From Octopus sinensis (Eukaryota), in the NCBI RefSeq assembly GCF_006345805.1, contig NC_043005.1, positions 7,564,001-7,628,000 on the forward strand: a stretch of 64,000 bases of DNA, written 5' to 3'. A program made the position numbers and the translations under genes. Each line of letters starts with the position of its first letter. Position 1 is the stretch's first letter. The notes under the pieces were generated by a model that searched no databases, was not told the origin of the DNA, and saw nothing but the letters and a program-made list of their open reading frames with translations. Below are positions 28,050 through 41,946 of this stretch, in pieces.

Positions 28050-29200
28050 CACCTAAGAAGAAATCAGTTGGAAGAGATTGAAGAAATTGAAAAGTGGCAG
28101 CCAAGCAGAAAAGATCTGAAATTAGTCACTAAGGAAGCTATGAGTAGATGAATGGCCCATGAAGGCCATAGAAGATGGTACAGAGAAACAAGGTGAGAGT
28201 CAGTTATGAGTTCAGTGGTGAATTCAGTACACAGGACTGAGTTCTTAGCCCCATCCTCAAGTTTGTCTTCCAGTTCATAAAAGGAGTTTGTATTTCTGTG
28301 AGAGCTCCTGTATGTTGATAACTTAGTTCTCACAGCAGAGTCTGTAAAAAGAACTTAGATATGAAAGTAAAACCTGAAAGAGTAGAAGGGCTTTAAAGTA
28401 AGCTTAGGAAAAAGTAGATGATGATGAGAGAAGGCAGGATCCAGTTACCATCTGGGAAAATGGCCATACTTGGTATCTAGAAAAAAAGCAAGCAGAAATT
28501 CCATATAGCATATGCAGTGTAAACAATGTACACGAAAGCAATATAGTGAGGTCACAAGCAGGATGACAGAAAAGGTAGACTTCTCATGCAGTCGATGCAC
28601 AGGGGCAATAAGGTCTAAGAACACCTGAGAAATAGATTTTCATAATAGTGCAGGTGGTTCCCAAGAAGTAACTTGAAAATTCTGGTAATTATATAAGTGA
28701 ATTTGCAGTGGGGAGAGGCCTGGAACCAGTAGCTAGAGTGAAAATGAGTTGGGAAAAAAATGGGGGAACTCAACTTCTACTGGCAACAGAATAAAGAACA
28801 GATTTTATGGTGATTGCATGCAAAATACAATGCTTAAAAATAGCAAGATAAGGGCCTTCAATGGAGAAGATTTGCAAAAACCAGAAAGAAATGCAGCTTA
28901 CTTCACTGGATGTATAATGTTTGAGTTGATGAATGCTGAAGACATACTAAATATAAAAGATATCAGATACATTAGAGAAGACTACACTGATGCAGACATG
29001 TGAGGTATATAAAATACGAGAGATAGATAAAGAAATTCCAAGGACTCAGAATGAATGGAGCCTGCAAAAAAGAAGACCAAGGAAGCCTTGAAATGAAATA
29101 GTGGTGACTGATCTTGAGATGTTGCAATTCACAAATGAGATGACAAAGGAGTATGATAAATAGTAACAGAAGATACAGCAACCAGTGCAAGCACAGTAAA
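28050..29200 (+). mobile_element. Highly degenerate RTE LINE RT/3' region
   Basis: ELLYVDNLV (YADD-like), plus resemblance to the RTE 3' ends at 14200 and 15843. Confidence 0.55.
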
Positions 29201-29227
29201 AGGTATGTTAAAATAGGAGTAAGTGAA

Positions 29228-29600
29228 ATCATCATCATCATCATTTAGCGTCCGTTTTCCATGCTAGCATGGGTTGGACGGTTCAACTGGGGTCTGAGAA
29301 GCCAGAAGGCTGCACCAGGCCCAGTCTGATCTGGCAGTGTTTCTATGGCTGGATGCCCTTCCTAACGCCAACCACTCCGTGAGTGTAGTGGGTGCTTTTT
29401 ACGTGCCACCCGCACAGGTGCCAGATGGGGCTGGCTAACGGCCACAGACGGATAGTGTTTTTTACATGCCGCCGGCATGGGGGCCAGGCAAGGCTGGCAA
29501 CGACCACGATCGGATGGTGCTTTTTACGTGCCACTCGCACAGGTGCCAGACGGGGCTGGCTAACGGCCACGGACGGATGGTGCATTTTACGTGCCGCCAG
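29228..29600 (-). mobile_element. SINE family C
   Basis: Same sequence as 23888-24147, with extra internal repeats. Confidence 0.8.
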
Positions 29601-29959
29601 CAGGCCTTTCGTCCATTTCATATCTGCAAAGTTTTCATCTACTGCCTTTCTTGCCTATTCAATATTCTCTCATTAACACCCATCTCCTACTCATTTCTCC
29701 ATACCACTCATGTAATGATGGAGAACATATCTAATCATTTCCAATTCTCCCCTGCTGCCATCTGTATCTCTCTACTCCTCTCAAGATGTTTGAGTAATGA
29801 GGGATTGCTCATTTGCAATCCTGTGATGCCTGATACCACTCCCTCTTCAGGTAACTCTTCATTGACAACAATTAATCTAACAACTGCTCTCTCTCTTACA
29901 GGCTAACATTGGCCATCTGTGCAGCCAGCAATCACTTTATCTTCCCAGGACACACATTA

Positions 29960-30365
29960 CTTATTCCTTTACTGCCCACAAGGGGCTACACACAGAGGGG
30001 ACAAACAAGGACAGACAAACGAATTAAGTCGATTACATCGACCCCAGTGCGTAACTGGTACTTAATTTACCGACTCCAAAAGGATGAAAGGCAAAGTCGA
30101 CCTCGGCGGAATTTGAACTCAGAACGTAACGGCAGACGAAATACCTATTTCTTTACTTCCCACAAGGGGCTAAACACAGAGAGGACAAATAAGGACAGAC
30201 AAACGGATTAAGTCGATTACATCGACCCCAGTGCGTAACTGGTACTTAATTTACCGACCCCGAAAGGATGAAAGGCAAAGTCGACCTCGGCGGAATTTGA
30301 ACTCAGAACGTAGCGGCAGACGAAATACTGCTACGCATTTCGCCCGGCGTGCTAACGTTTCTGCC
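29960..30365 (-). mobile_element. SINE family B, tandem dimer
   Basis: Two successive copies of ccacaaggggct..gtcgacctcggcggaatttgaactc. Confidence 0.85.
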
Positions 30366-30469
30366 GTCCATTTGCCCTCTCTCCTGCCAGCAAAAATGTA
30401 GCTGCTATCTCTGTCCCATTACTCAATGGTCATTGATATTTCATATTACACCTGTTTATTACTTTCTCC

Positions 30470-30845
30470 TTTATCTTGTACTTGTTTCAGTTATTAGGCT
30501 GCAGTCATGCTGGGGCTCTGCCTTGAAGAATTTGAGTCAAATCAACCCCACAACATTTTTTTTTAAAGCCTAGTACATTGTTCTATCAGCCTCTTAGTCA
30601 ACTGCTATGTTATGGGACATAAACACACCAACACCGATTATCAAACAATGATGGGGGACAAAGACACAAAAGCACACCCACATGGATCCACATGTGACAG
30701 GCTTCTTTCGGTTTCCATTTACCAAATCCACTCAGATGGCGTAGGTTGGTCTGAGGCTGTAAGACACTTGCCCAAAGTGCCATGTAGTGGGACTGAACCT
30801 GGAATTAAGTGGTTAAGAAGCAAACTTCTTGCCACACAGCCACAC
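30470..30845 (-). mobile_element. SINE family A (older copy)
   Basis: Diverged match to 6828-7226. Confidence 0.7.
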
Positions 30846-32419
30846 TGTTTCTCCCATTTCTCCCTGCTCTGTCACCTCAATCACTCCTCATCCATTCTTC
30901 ACCACTTACAACCATTCTTTCTCTGACCCACTCTATTGTTATCTTGGATGAACAGTGACAATGTTATGCAGCAAGTACACATTTGTTTTGCAGAGTACAT
31001 CCTTGTAAAGTGGTTGGTTAGTGAGCAGAGACGATGTAGGTCGGTAAGGACCCATGTCTTGTGGGTGACATAACTCTGGGTGCATAGTTATTGGTGTTAG
31101 AAAAGGCATTCAGCTGTAGAAATTGTGCCAAAATAAAATTCCCAAATAAGACATAAGCTCCTGACCCATCTACGGGGACAGTAATATGGAATTAAAGCTT
31201 AACAACATATCCAACCAAGGTCCATATGGAAAGGAGGTACAAAATAATGATGAAATGTGAGAAAATCGAAAAGTGAAGTCTTTATGTTTCTGGAATATGA
31301 ACAAGAATGCAAATGAGATAAAATGGTTGGTAACATGATTATGAATGAATGGAAATTGGTTTAGTTCCAACACAATTTCTGTTTGCATAAATACAACCTT
31401 GAAAACAAAAGTTTCCACACCTCGTAAGATTATATGTTATAAACCTAAATATAAACACAGAGAACGAATTAAGGGATCAGCTTAATTTTATTGAATGTAT
31501 CTCTTCTTTTTTCCAGAAAGAAAGAATTTAGAATCCCTCTCTAAAAAATGTAAATACTGACTTGATGCTTGGAAACAAAGGGGGCGATTAAGGCTTTCTT
31601 TCGGTTTATAAATAACAAAATGAAAGTGGTAAAAAACTGAAATTTCTTTAAAATGTTTCCCCATAATCGTAGTTTGCGTATTTTTAAGCATGGATTTTAA
31701 AAATTTTTTATCGAAACGGTTTAATTCTTTTTAAATGAATACGGACCAAAATAGCTTTAAATATAACTGTATAACAAACAGGTGGAGACTTGCGACAAAG
31801 ATATATTTAATTTCAATGATTTTTTATAACAACACAATTTCGAAATATATCCTCAGCAATTTAACGGGAACGTAAAATAGAACATAGTAATACCATATTT
31901 CTGAATAGCTAAGTTATGTAAGCTCTCTCACTCTCATAATATATACACACATAAACACATTACGAAAGAAGCTTTCATATCTCGCGCCGCGCGGATACGG
32001 GAAATTGTGTAACATTTTCATATTTTGGCTTCGAAATTATTTTGAGGAGGAATCACTTGATGTCTTGCAAACAACTTGCACATGCAAGTGCTACCAGTCA
32101 AAAGCTCCGTATACCGCAAGCTAGCAAGTGTGTGGGGTCATCAGGAGAGAATGCGCGCCGTTTCGGGGCCTACCTCTCGACGGCATCAATGCGCACCGCC
32201 CCCCCCCCTCACTGATATGAGGCCCCGCTTGCTAGATCAGCTGGTTATGAAGAACTCAATATACTTCTGGCCATATATATAAATGAATTAAATGAGTTAC
32301 AGCGGTTGAATTTTTTTTATGGCAGTTTTGCGCAGGGTTTTAGAATAACTCCCACGAAGTCCCTGAAAAAAAGTTTTCCCAAAAGTTCAGACTTCTAAAT
32401 TTTTGCTCTTACTTCCACC

Positions 32420-33030
32420 TTGTGTATAGGAACATGTATACATACATTGTGATACATCTTGTAAGCGCATCATTTAACCGACTGTAACTTTTTTCTTCGG
32501 ATTTCAGCGGAATATTTGGAATGGCTATTCCTCGAAGTCCCATACTAAATAGTAAAGAAAAAGAGGGCGGAGGTAAATTGTTAATAGATAGCGAAATAAG
32601 TTTATATTTCATACATTAAGTCACAGCATGAAAAAATTTCAGACTTTTAAAAAATACCAACGAATGCGCACACCACCCGTTTTCAGTGTAACCCTAACCT
32701 TTAATACTGTGTGTGCGTATTCTTAACCTTAGCCCTCTTATTCTTTACTATTTGGTATGGGACTTCGAAGGGCGTAACTTCGGTATAGGTACCGGATACA
32801 TTTCAAGAAAGTGTTTTTTTTAGGGTTAGTGTTAGGGGTGGGAGAAAAGGGTTTCTGTTATCTTCAGAAATGTAAACAAAGCCACTTACGGTACCTATAC
32901 CGAAGGATCGCCCTTCGAAGAATAGCCATTCCAAAATAACGCCGAAATCCGAAGAAAAAATGTTACGGCCGGTTAAATGGTGCGCTTACACGAAGCATCA
33001 CAATGTATGTATACATGTTCTTATACACAA
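32420..33030. mobile_element. Fold-back/MITE with ~115-bp inverted arms containing a nested MITE
   Basis: 32420-32538 is the reverse complement of 32913-33030. Confidence 0.75.
32771..32912. mobile_element. Small MITE, GGCG..CGCC termini, 8-bp TSD (Merlin-like)
   Basis: TSD cttcgaag on both sides; same family as 42025-42179. Confidence 0.8.
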
Positions 33031-33861
33031 ATTTATCGGGCGAGAGTTTTAGTAATAAACCCGATTACTTCACAACATTTTACATCATATTAGTATGTAG
33101 GATCCGGCAATTGCCGTAGGATCCATCTTAATAATAAAAATCTGAAATGGTTAATAAATAGCGAAATAAGTTTATATTTCATACATTAAGTCACAGCATG
33201 AAAAAATTTCAGACTTTTAAAAATACCAACGAAAATGTAAAATATTAATAGACAATATTTTAATTATTGAATACTTTCAGCCATAAATACTTACTGATAT
33301 TGTAATAATTACTGACAGTAAAAGTTTATCCAATTAGTGCAACTTAATTGAAAAAAATAAATAAAGCAGTCTGGTTTCATGGGGGAAATAGAAAACCAGG
33401 TTTCATTGCGCATGTGTACAAATTTTATACTATATGGAAGGCTGGCAAAAAACACCCGGCGTTGCCCGGGTGTTAAGAAAATAATGAAATTTAAAACTAC
33501 CTTTCAGATTTCTAACATGAAACATAGACTACGCAGGTCTCACCTCCTAATAGCTGAGATACATATATATATATATATAAGAATACATATCAATACGTAT
33601 ATGCTTAAAGTACACATACACACACACATACGTACGTACATTCAAACATACATACATACACACACACGCATATATACATGTATGTATGTAGATAGACAGA
33701 TAAATAGACAGGCAGACACATAGATAGATAGATAGATAGATAGCTAGATTATACGCAAACATTTTATTTTTAGTCTGTAGAGTTACGAAGTAGTTAAGCA
33801 ACTCAGCACCCATGAGTTTCATGCATGCGTCTTATATACACATACATAAGTACATATATTC

Positions 33862-36470
33862 AGCAAAATTCGATGCCGTCTATTGCAAGCTGAGCCTATC
33901 TGAGTTTTGCCTGCCCGTGTTGGCTGTCTACAGGCCGCCTCTTGCCGACCCCCAGGACGATGCTCATTTACTTGAAGCGATAAGATTCGTTTCAGCTTCG
34001 CATGACTGTTTGGTACTAGGAGACTTCAACGCTCCCACGATCGATTGGCCCGCATCAATTTGTACAACATCTTCCCGTTTCGGCCAGGCCCTTCTTGACG
34101 TGGCTGAAGATTGTTTTCTATCGCAACATGTTGAATATCCGACAAGGCATCGGTCTGGGCAGCAGCCATCTATGCTAGATCTGGTATTCTCCCGCTATCC
34201 AAGATCAGTGTCAGACGTATCTGTGTGCGCCCCTCTTGCCAAGAGTGATCATGCAGTCCTGAAGTTCGTCATGCACACAACTTTTTCTACGCCCACGACT
34301 ACTTCGCTGCCACGTAGAGTCTTCTCTGCAATTAATCTTGAAATTCTAACCGAGGCTTCCGCGCTTCTGGACTGGCGATCCCTGATGACGTTGTCCTCTG
34401 TTGACGAACTATGGTCATCCCTCAAAGCATATGTAATCTGTTTGACTGACCAGACAGTTTCCGTTAGGCTTCCCAAGAAGAAGAAACACAAGCCCTGGGT
34501 GACGAAGAAGGTTAAACGAGAACGTCGACTCAGAGATATTGCTTGGGCTGAATTCAAAAATCTGGATTCAACTGCAGCTTTTGAGGTGTACAAAACTCAA
34601 CGAGACCGAGCCTTGAAAATAGAAAAGAAAGAACGCTTCAGTTATGAATACAAAATCGCGGCAAATGCCAGTAGCAATCCAAGAACCTTCTTTGCCCATG
34701 TCCAGCGGAATTCCCGCTTGAACAACCAGATTGCAACGTTGGTAGACTCAACAGGCGTATCGATTGAGGACCCTTATCAACAGAGTCAATTATTTGCTGA
34801 TGCTTTTTCAACTATTTTCAAACAAGATGATGGTCGTGAACCCCCTCCATTTGATAGATCGGTACCTCCAATGCTTCGATTGGTCATCACGCGGGACGAA
34901 GTCAAACGTGTTATTCAAGGCCTCGATGTTAACAAGGGTCACGGCCCTGACGGCATACACCCACGGGTTATCAAAGCGTTGGCTCCGGTCATCTGCGAGC
35001 CCTTAACACGACTATTCAATATGTCATTGGTGTTATACCTGCAGACTGGAGAACAGCGATAATCTGCCCAATTTTCAAGAAAGGGAGCCGCGAAGACCCG
35101 CTTAACTACTGACCGGTTTCCCTTACATCAATAATCAGCAAGATGTTCGAAACCATCCTTAAGAAAAGTATGATGCTCCACCTCCTAAACACAGCCTCTA
35201 TCTCCGATTCCCAACACGGCTTCGTGCCGAAGAGATCATGCTTGACCAACTTACTAGTAATGGAAGAATTGGTGACGCGCATCCTCGATGATAGTGATGC
35301 TGTTGACATCGTTTTATTGGACTTTGCCAAAGCTTTTGACTCGGTAAACCACCGCCTATTACTTGTCAAGCTTCAAGCATATAGTTACCATCCGGATATT
35401 ATACGATGGGTTGGTGCCTTCCTCTCAGATCGCTCCTTCCAAGTCCAAGTTAATGGTTCGCGGTCCGACGTCTCCAGTGCGAGCAGTGGCGTGCCTCAAG
35501 GTTCAGTGCTTGGGCCCTTGTTGTTCTTAGTCTTCATAAATGACTTGCCCGACGACCTCACGCAACACACCCTTCTATTTGCCGACGATATCAAACTGGT
35601 CGCTCCTCACGGTAATATAGAGGATCTTCGTCGATGCCTCCACCAAATTTGGAAGTGGTCTAACGATTGGGACCTGTGTCTGAACATGTCAAAGTGCTGT
35701 CATCTGCCTGTCGGCTCTACTCCTGCAACTCAACTTGATTTCGAGCCGGGTCGTCTGCTGCTGGAGAGGACCGATCAGGTAAAGGACCTGGGTATCTTGG
35801 TGGATTCCTCCTTTTTGCCTTCGGCCCAGTGCGTCCATGCTGCCAACAAAGCACGTGGAATTCTGTTCTTGATTCGACGGTCATTCGGAATGCTCACAGC
35901 AGCCATATTCCTACCACTCTATGTCACGCTGGTGAGACCCAGATTGGAGTATGGGATTCAAGCCTCTTCTCCTTATCTCCTCAAAGACATACAGCATCTC
36001 GAAAGAGTCCAGAAGCTGGCTACCCGCATGGTTCATGATCTCAAAAATTTGTCCTACGAAGAAAGGCTGAGGACGCTCGACCTTTATTCTCTTGAAAAAC
36101 GCCGCCGCCGTGGTGATCTCATTCTCGACCACAACATCATAAGCGGAAATTGTAACCTCTCGAAAGAGCTGTTCTTCACTCCTGCTCCAGAGCGTCGGCT
36201 GCGGGGTCATTCCGAAAAGCTCTACCTGCGACGATTTCATCTCAATCGAAGGAGAGGAGCTTTCTCCGTCCGGGTTGCGGATCCGTGGAACAAGCTGCCA
36301 GACGAGATGGTGAAGATGCTGACGACTGCTTTGTTCAAAGCCTCCCTGGACCTCAAGTGGCCTGAACTCTTTACATGAACACCACCCTGTACTTAACTCC
36401 ATGTCCCCCTACATGGCCTTGCTATTTGCTTTTGAGCCAAATTAACTAACTAACTAACTAACTAACTAAC
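33862..36470 (+). mobile_element. CR1-clade LINE, 5'-truncated ORF2 (APE + RT), young
   Basis: LGDFN, SDH, GPDGI, QHGF..RSC, LDFAKAFD, GVPQGSVLGP, FADD; one frameshift and one stop near 35030-35110; (TAAC)n tail. Confidence 0.92.
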
Positions 36471-36576
36471 ATACACACACACATATCGTTTAACGTCCGT
36501 TTTCCACGCTAGCACGGGTTGGACATATATATATATATATATATATATACTTTATTTAAGGCAGCAGAAAATTCAA

Positions 36577-36626
36577 CAAAATCTGTTACTCTGAGTTTCT
36601 CGTTGCCGTTCATCAGACAGTTTTTG
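36577..36626 (-). ncRNA. Type I hammerhead ribozyme
   Basis: Minus strand: caaaaactgt-CTGATGA-acg gcaa cga-GAAA-ctcagag-TA-acagattttg; core intact, stem II weak. Confidence 0.75.
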
Positions 36627-37741
36627 CTAGAATGGAACCGATATATCAATTCAATCTAGACTCTTACAAACGCTACACCTTTAAAAAAGATGGACTTCTT
36701 TGATTGGCCCTTTAGAAATAACGGTCAATCTTCGAGCGATAAACAAAAAAAGCTCAAAAATATATGTATATAATATAAAAAATTATAAAATTCGAGGAAA
36801 AAACCTTACATTGAATAAAATACATATTGACATTAATGAAGAAAGTATAGTTAATGCATAGAAATTAAAACCTATTATAAATATTACACTGCAATACATA
36901 TTTATATTAAAGTGTACATATATATATATCAACATACACAGAAGGATGCGTGCAAACGCCATACATATACAGACGTATAAATATAAATCTAAAATATACA
37001 TATAAATGCATGCGTACATATATGCATGCAATCTATCTCGCACGCAAGTTAAAATCATCGATGTAGCGATTCTCATATATTGAGTAAAGCTTAAGTAAGG
37101 GGGACGTAAAGTTGCATCAGTATCAGTTAGAGAAAAAAACGAAAGAAAGGAAGAGAGAGAAAAAGGAACGAAGAAGGGGGAAGGAAAAAAGAAAAAGGAG
37201 GGGTGAGGAAAAAAACGAAATAAGAAAAATTATGTATACAAGCTGTGTAACCGCATTATTGACATATATGGAGACAAGTATACAAATACACAAGTTCGAA
37301 TGGATACATACACATACAGTCGTGTATATGTGTGCTTAAGCACAAACATACGCTCACTTACACATACATATATACGCATGCTTACAAATACATATCCATG
37401 GCTATACACATACTCATATCAAAATTCTAATTTTTGACAACATTGCTTTTTTTAAAAAAAATGAGTGCAATAATAAAAAATATATACGAAAGACATATAA
37501 AATAAAATATAACACCCTATTTTGGATCATCTATAAATTAAAAATCAAGGTAATCCTATACAATACAATAACATGGAATAAACAAAGTCAAAGGTTTTTC
37601 CTAATGTATATGTAGAAATATAAGACTTTGCTATACGGAATGAAATCTGCATAGTGCGAAGCAAAATCCATCGTAGCGTTTACATACTAGTTCAAGAGTC
37701 AAAATCAAAATTTCAAAAATCAAAAATACAAAATATGTACT

Positions 37742-38200
37742 CTATCCATATGGTATATTTATATTCGACATTTTAAATTTAGTTGCGTGCCTACATAAGT
37801 TCATTAGCTCACTACTTTGATTCAAAGAATTATTGTCTTTGAATAAAATGTACATTTTTTCTAATAGGCAAAGTTTGCATTTAAAATTATTTCTGTATGC
37901 TCCATGCCTGTATGGTGCCGCTCTGTCCAGAATGCTCCATGTCACGTTGAAAGGTGGGGTTTCCTTTTCTTTTAGTTCCCAGACATATTTTGCTAGGCTG
38001 GTCCTCTTCCTATTCTCTGGGTATTTAAATGAATTTTTATGTGAATAAAATCGTGTTTTAAATGAATTTTCTGAAGCCCCTGTGTATGTCTTGTATTCCG
38101 ATGAGCCTTCTACTTGCACCTTGGCTCTATAAACTACTCCTTTCACTAGACATTTCCCTTCTAACGGACAGGAGTTTTCGTTTTTGCAATAAAGACAAAC
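37742..38200 (-). mobile_element. Penelope-like element GIY-YIG endonuclease C-terminal fragment
   Basis: CPLEGKC..VVY.A..YTG..FKTRFYSH..SF..TSLAKYVWELK..CKLCLLEK..CRH. Confidence 0.85.
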
Positions 38201-39511
38201 CACGATGGACAGGCATGTATACAAACGTGTATATATCTGTGTTTGGCATAGTAAGTAAGTAACCAGCTATTTACACACACGTATGTATACATCATTACAG
38301 TTGTGACGATTTCTGATAAAAAAGAATTCCTAAAGGTATATATGTGTGTGTATATGTATATATGTACTTATGTATGTTTGTACACACACACATGTATATA
38401 TACATCATTACAGTTGTGATGATTTCTGGTAAAAAAGGTATATATATATATATACTCTTGATACCCTTCCCCCCATCCCTAATCCTAACTAACCCTAAAA
38501 TAGATTGAAATGCAATAGATCGATACTAGGGTCATAATTTCGGGTGACAATTTCATACGACACCACTAGAAAAAACTGCCGTTCAAACCGACATTTATAC
38601 ATTACTGCATATGCTTTATACGCACTTTTGACAAATTGTGGTACACCTGAGTACTGTATACTATAATTTCATTATATATTTCATAGTTATCTGATTCACT
38701 TGCAATATCTATTCAAAACAAATCAGTAACAAATGGCACTTGAATATCTGATCTTAACAGTAACAACAATTAAGCAAAAAGGTGTGCTGCTGGGCATCTA
38801 TCATCCAAGCATGGATGTCATCATAAGCCAATAAAAAACTGAAAATATCAAAACATCCTCTAACCTACAGAATTCTACACATCACTGAAGCAATATGACC
38901 ACTGTCAGTAAAACTAAGCTACTAGAATGTTCTAATAGCCTTAGATATATCAAAATACAAGATCCACTATCTTTAACTTTGAATATATATAGAAATTTTA
39001 TTCAACAATATTTTCAAGGGTGAATCAATTTCATGAGATCTAGAAAGTACCATCCAACAAATATCATAGGTAAGAGATTTTAAACTTGGTTTTTATTTAC
39101 ATATACATGTGAATTTAAGTTACTAAATTTTATAAGAACTTTTTACAATTGTCTTTTTCTGATAGTCCTTAAAAATCAACACTTAGAAAATGAAAGTTCT
39201 CTTAATAAAATACTTCTGTTTATTATTTTTTCGTTGGTGTTAGGAAGGGCATCCAGCCGTAGAAACATTGCCAGATCAGACTGGGCCTGGTGCAGCCTTC
39301 TGGCTTCCCAGACCCCAGTTGAACCGTCCAACCCATGCTAGCATGAATTGCTTTGTTCATTCAAAGAGACAAGAATTTGGGGGGGTTGATACATTTAACT
39401 AAAAATTCTGAAAACGAAAAAAATAACTATGACTGAACATAACTATTCTTTTCACCCCCAAACAACTATGTCAGACCTGTAATATTTGCACCTAGTAGAA
39501 GTTCCATAAAT

Positions 39512-39891
39512 AGGCGTAGAAGTGGCTGTGTGGTAAGTAGCTTGCTTACGAACCACATGGTTTCAGGTTCAGTCCCTCTGCATGGCACGTTGGGCAAGTG
39601 TCTTCCACCATAGCCTCGAGCTGACCAAAGCCTTGTGAGTGGATTTGGTAGACGGAAACTGAAAGAAGCCCGTCGTATATATATATATATACATATATGT
39701 ATGTGTTTGTGTGTTGTCCCCTCAACATTGCTTGACAACCGATGCTGGTGTGTTTACATCCCCGTAACTTAGCGGTTCGGCAAAAGAGACCGATAAAATA
39801 AGTACTAAGCTTACTAAAGTACTAAAGGCGGTGCTTCAGCATGGCTGCAGTCAAATGACTGAAACAAGTAAAAGAGTGAAAAAAAGAGTAA
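39512..39891 (+). mobile_element. SINE family A
   Basis: Full head and tail; inverted relative to 40151-40533. Confidence 0.85.
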
Positions 39892-40150
39892 ATATTTATG
39901 TTGAAATACATGCATCTATTTCACAACAGAAGTGTTGTTGATATTTACCCCAGGAAAACTCTTTTCTGTAGATGGCATTACATATTTTTTTTAGTAATAA
40001 CATGTTGCAATGGCAGGTAGTTTCTTAATGACACTTTTCAGCAGCTGCTGATTATGCTCTCCACAGAAGAGTGACATAATTGACATTTGCAATAGCACCT
40101 TAGAATTTTAAGGGCCTCATTGTCCTATTTATTTACAAAATATTTCATTC

Positions 40151-40533
40151 TCTTTTACTTGTTTCAGTCATTTGACTGCAGCCATGCTGGAGCACCACCT
40201 TTAGTCGAGCAAATCGACCCCGGGACTTATTCTTTGTAAGCCCAGTACTTATTCTATCGGTCTCTTTTTGCCGAACCGCTAAGTGACGGGGACGTAAACA
40301 CACCAGCATCGGTTGTCAAGCAACGCTAGGGGGACAAACACAGACACACAAACATACATCTATATATATACGACGGGCTTCTTTCAGTTTCCATCTACCA
40401 AATCCACTCACAAGGCATTAGTCGGCCCGAGGCTATAGCAGAAGACACTTGCCCAGGATGTCACGCAGTGGGACTGAACCCAGAACCATGTGGTTGGTTA
40501 GCAAGCTACTTACCACACAGCCACTCCTGCGCC
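40151..40533 (-). mobile_element. SINE family A with 32-bp TSD
   Basis: attgtcctatttatttacaaaatatttcattc at 40119-40150 and 40534-40565. Confidence 0.9.
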
Positions 40534-40680
40534 ATTGTCCTATTTATTTACAAAATATTTCATTCATATCTCTTACTTTTGGAATGCAAAAGCATGACCT
40601 TCCAGATGCATTACTGGGTTCATATGGGAGGTCATCAGGGAGTGAGTGTTTCTTTAGAAGTTTACTATCAACCCAGAATC

Positions 40681-41946
40681 TCACATTTTCAAGTTTGATT
40701 GTTTTCTTGCAATGTGTATTTCTTTGTGTCTTTTTAAAACTCTATTAGAGACAAAAGAATTCTCACATAGTCCACACTGATATGGTCTTTCTCCAGTGTG
40801 ACTGCGTTTGTGGACTACAAGATTGGATTTATTAGCGAATGATTTTCCACATATCCCACAATGATATGGCTTCTCTCCTGTGTGACTACGCTTGTGAACT
40901 ACAAGACGAGAATTATCAGTGAAAGATTCTCCACATATCTCACAACGAAATGGTTTTTCTCCTGTGTGACTACGTTTGTGAACTACTAGACTAGAATTAA
41001 CAGAAAAAGATTTTCCACAGATTTCACAAGGATAAGGTTTTTCTCCAGTGTGACTTCGTACGTGAACTACAAGTTGAGAATTATTACTGCAAGATTTCCC
41101 ACACATTTCACAGTGGAACAGTTTTTCTCCAGTATGTATTTTTTGATGCGTTTTTAACAGAAAATTAGTGGAAAACGATTTTCCACACATTTCACAATGA
41201 AAGGGTTTTTCCCCAGTGTGGATTCGTTTGTGTTTTGTTAAATTACCATTGGAGACAAAAAAATTTCCACATATTTCACAGTGGAAAGGTTTTTCTCCTG
41301 TGTGGATTTTCTTGTGTGTTGTTAAATTACTATTATACACAAACGATTTTCCACACACCTCACAGTGAAACGGTTTTTCACCTGTGTGTAGTCTGTTATG
41401 TGTTGTTAAATCACTGTTAGAAACAAAAGATTTTCCGCATATTTCACATTGATACGGTCTTTCTCCAGTGTGTACAGTCTTGTGAACTACAAGATTGGAA
41501 TTCTGAGCAAAAGATTTTCCACATATTTCACAGTGGAAAGGCTTTTCTCCAGTGTGACTACGTTTATGAATAACAAGTCTTGAATTAACAGAGAAAGATT
41601 TTCCACATATTTCACAACGAAACGGTTTTTCTCCAGAGTGTGTTCTTTTGTGACTTATTAAATTAGAATTATCAGCAAATGTTTTTCCACATATATCACA
41701 GTTGAAAGGTTTTTCAGCAGTGTGTAGTCTTCCGTGTCTGTTTAAAATACTGCTGGAGGCAAAAGATTTTCCACACACTTCACAATGATAAGGCTGTTCT
41801 CCAGTGTGGCTACGTTTATGGACGACAAGATGAAAACTCTTAAAGTAAGATTTTCCACATATTTCACAGTGAAACATTTTTCCTCCACGGTGTATTCTTT
41901 TGTGACCTGCTAAATTACAATTCTTCACAAAATATTTCCCGCACAC
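40681..41946 (-). CDS. C2H2 zinc-finger protein, 15 fingers; N-terminus disrupted, first in-frame ATG at 41877
   Basis: HTGEKPF-linked fingers; upstream in-frame TAG at 41989-91, a MITE insertion, and TTG where the paralogue has ATG. Confidence 0.85.
   Translation of the reverse strand: MCGKYFVKNCNLAGHKRIHRGGKMFHCEICGKSYFKSFHLVVHKRSHTGEQPYHCEVCGKSFASSSILNRHGRLHTAEKPFNCDICGKTFADNSNLISHKRTHSGEKPFRCEICGKSFSVNSRLVIHKRSHTGEKPFHCEICGKSFAQNSNLVVHKTVHTGERPYQCEICGKSFVSNSDLTTHNRLHTGEKPFHCEVCGKSFVYNSNLTTHKKIHTGEKPFHCEICGNFFVSNGNLTKHKRIHTGEKPFHCEMCGKSFSTNFLLKTHQKIHTGEKLFHCEMCGKSCSNNSQLVVHVRSHTGEKPYPCEICGKSFSVNSSLVVHKRSHTGEKPFRCEICGESFTDNSRLVVHKRSHTGEKPYHCGICGKSFANKSNLVVHKRSHTGERPYQCGLCENSFVSNRVLKRHKEIHIARKQSNLKM

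Noticed and set aside
37630-37680. Hairpin 3' of the PLE endonuclease ORF as a possible SECIS element
   Set aside because: On the coding strand it lacks the AUGA/GA quartet and apical AA, and the ORF fragment has no in-frame UGA.
38480-38500. Telomere-like ccctaa repeats (also at 32690 and 42095)
   Set aside because: Only 2-3 degenerate units inside MITE-like elements; not an interstitial telomere.
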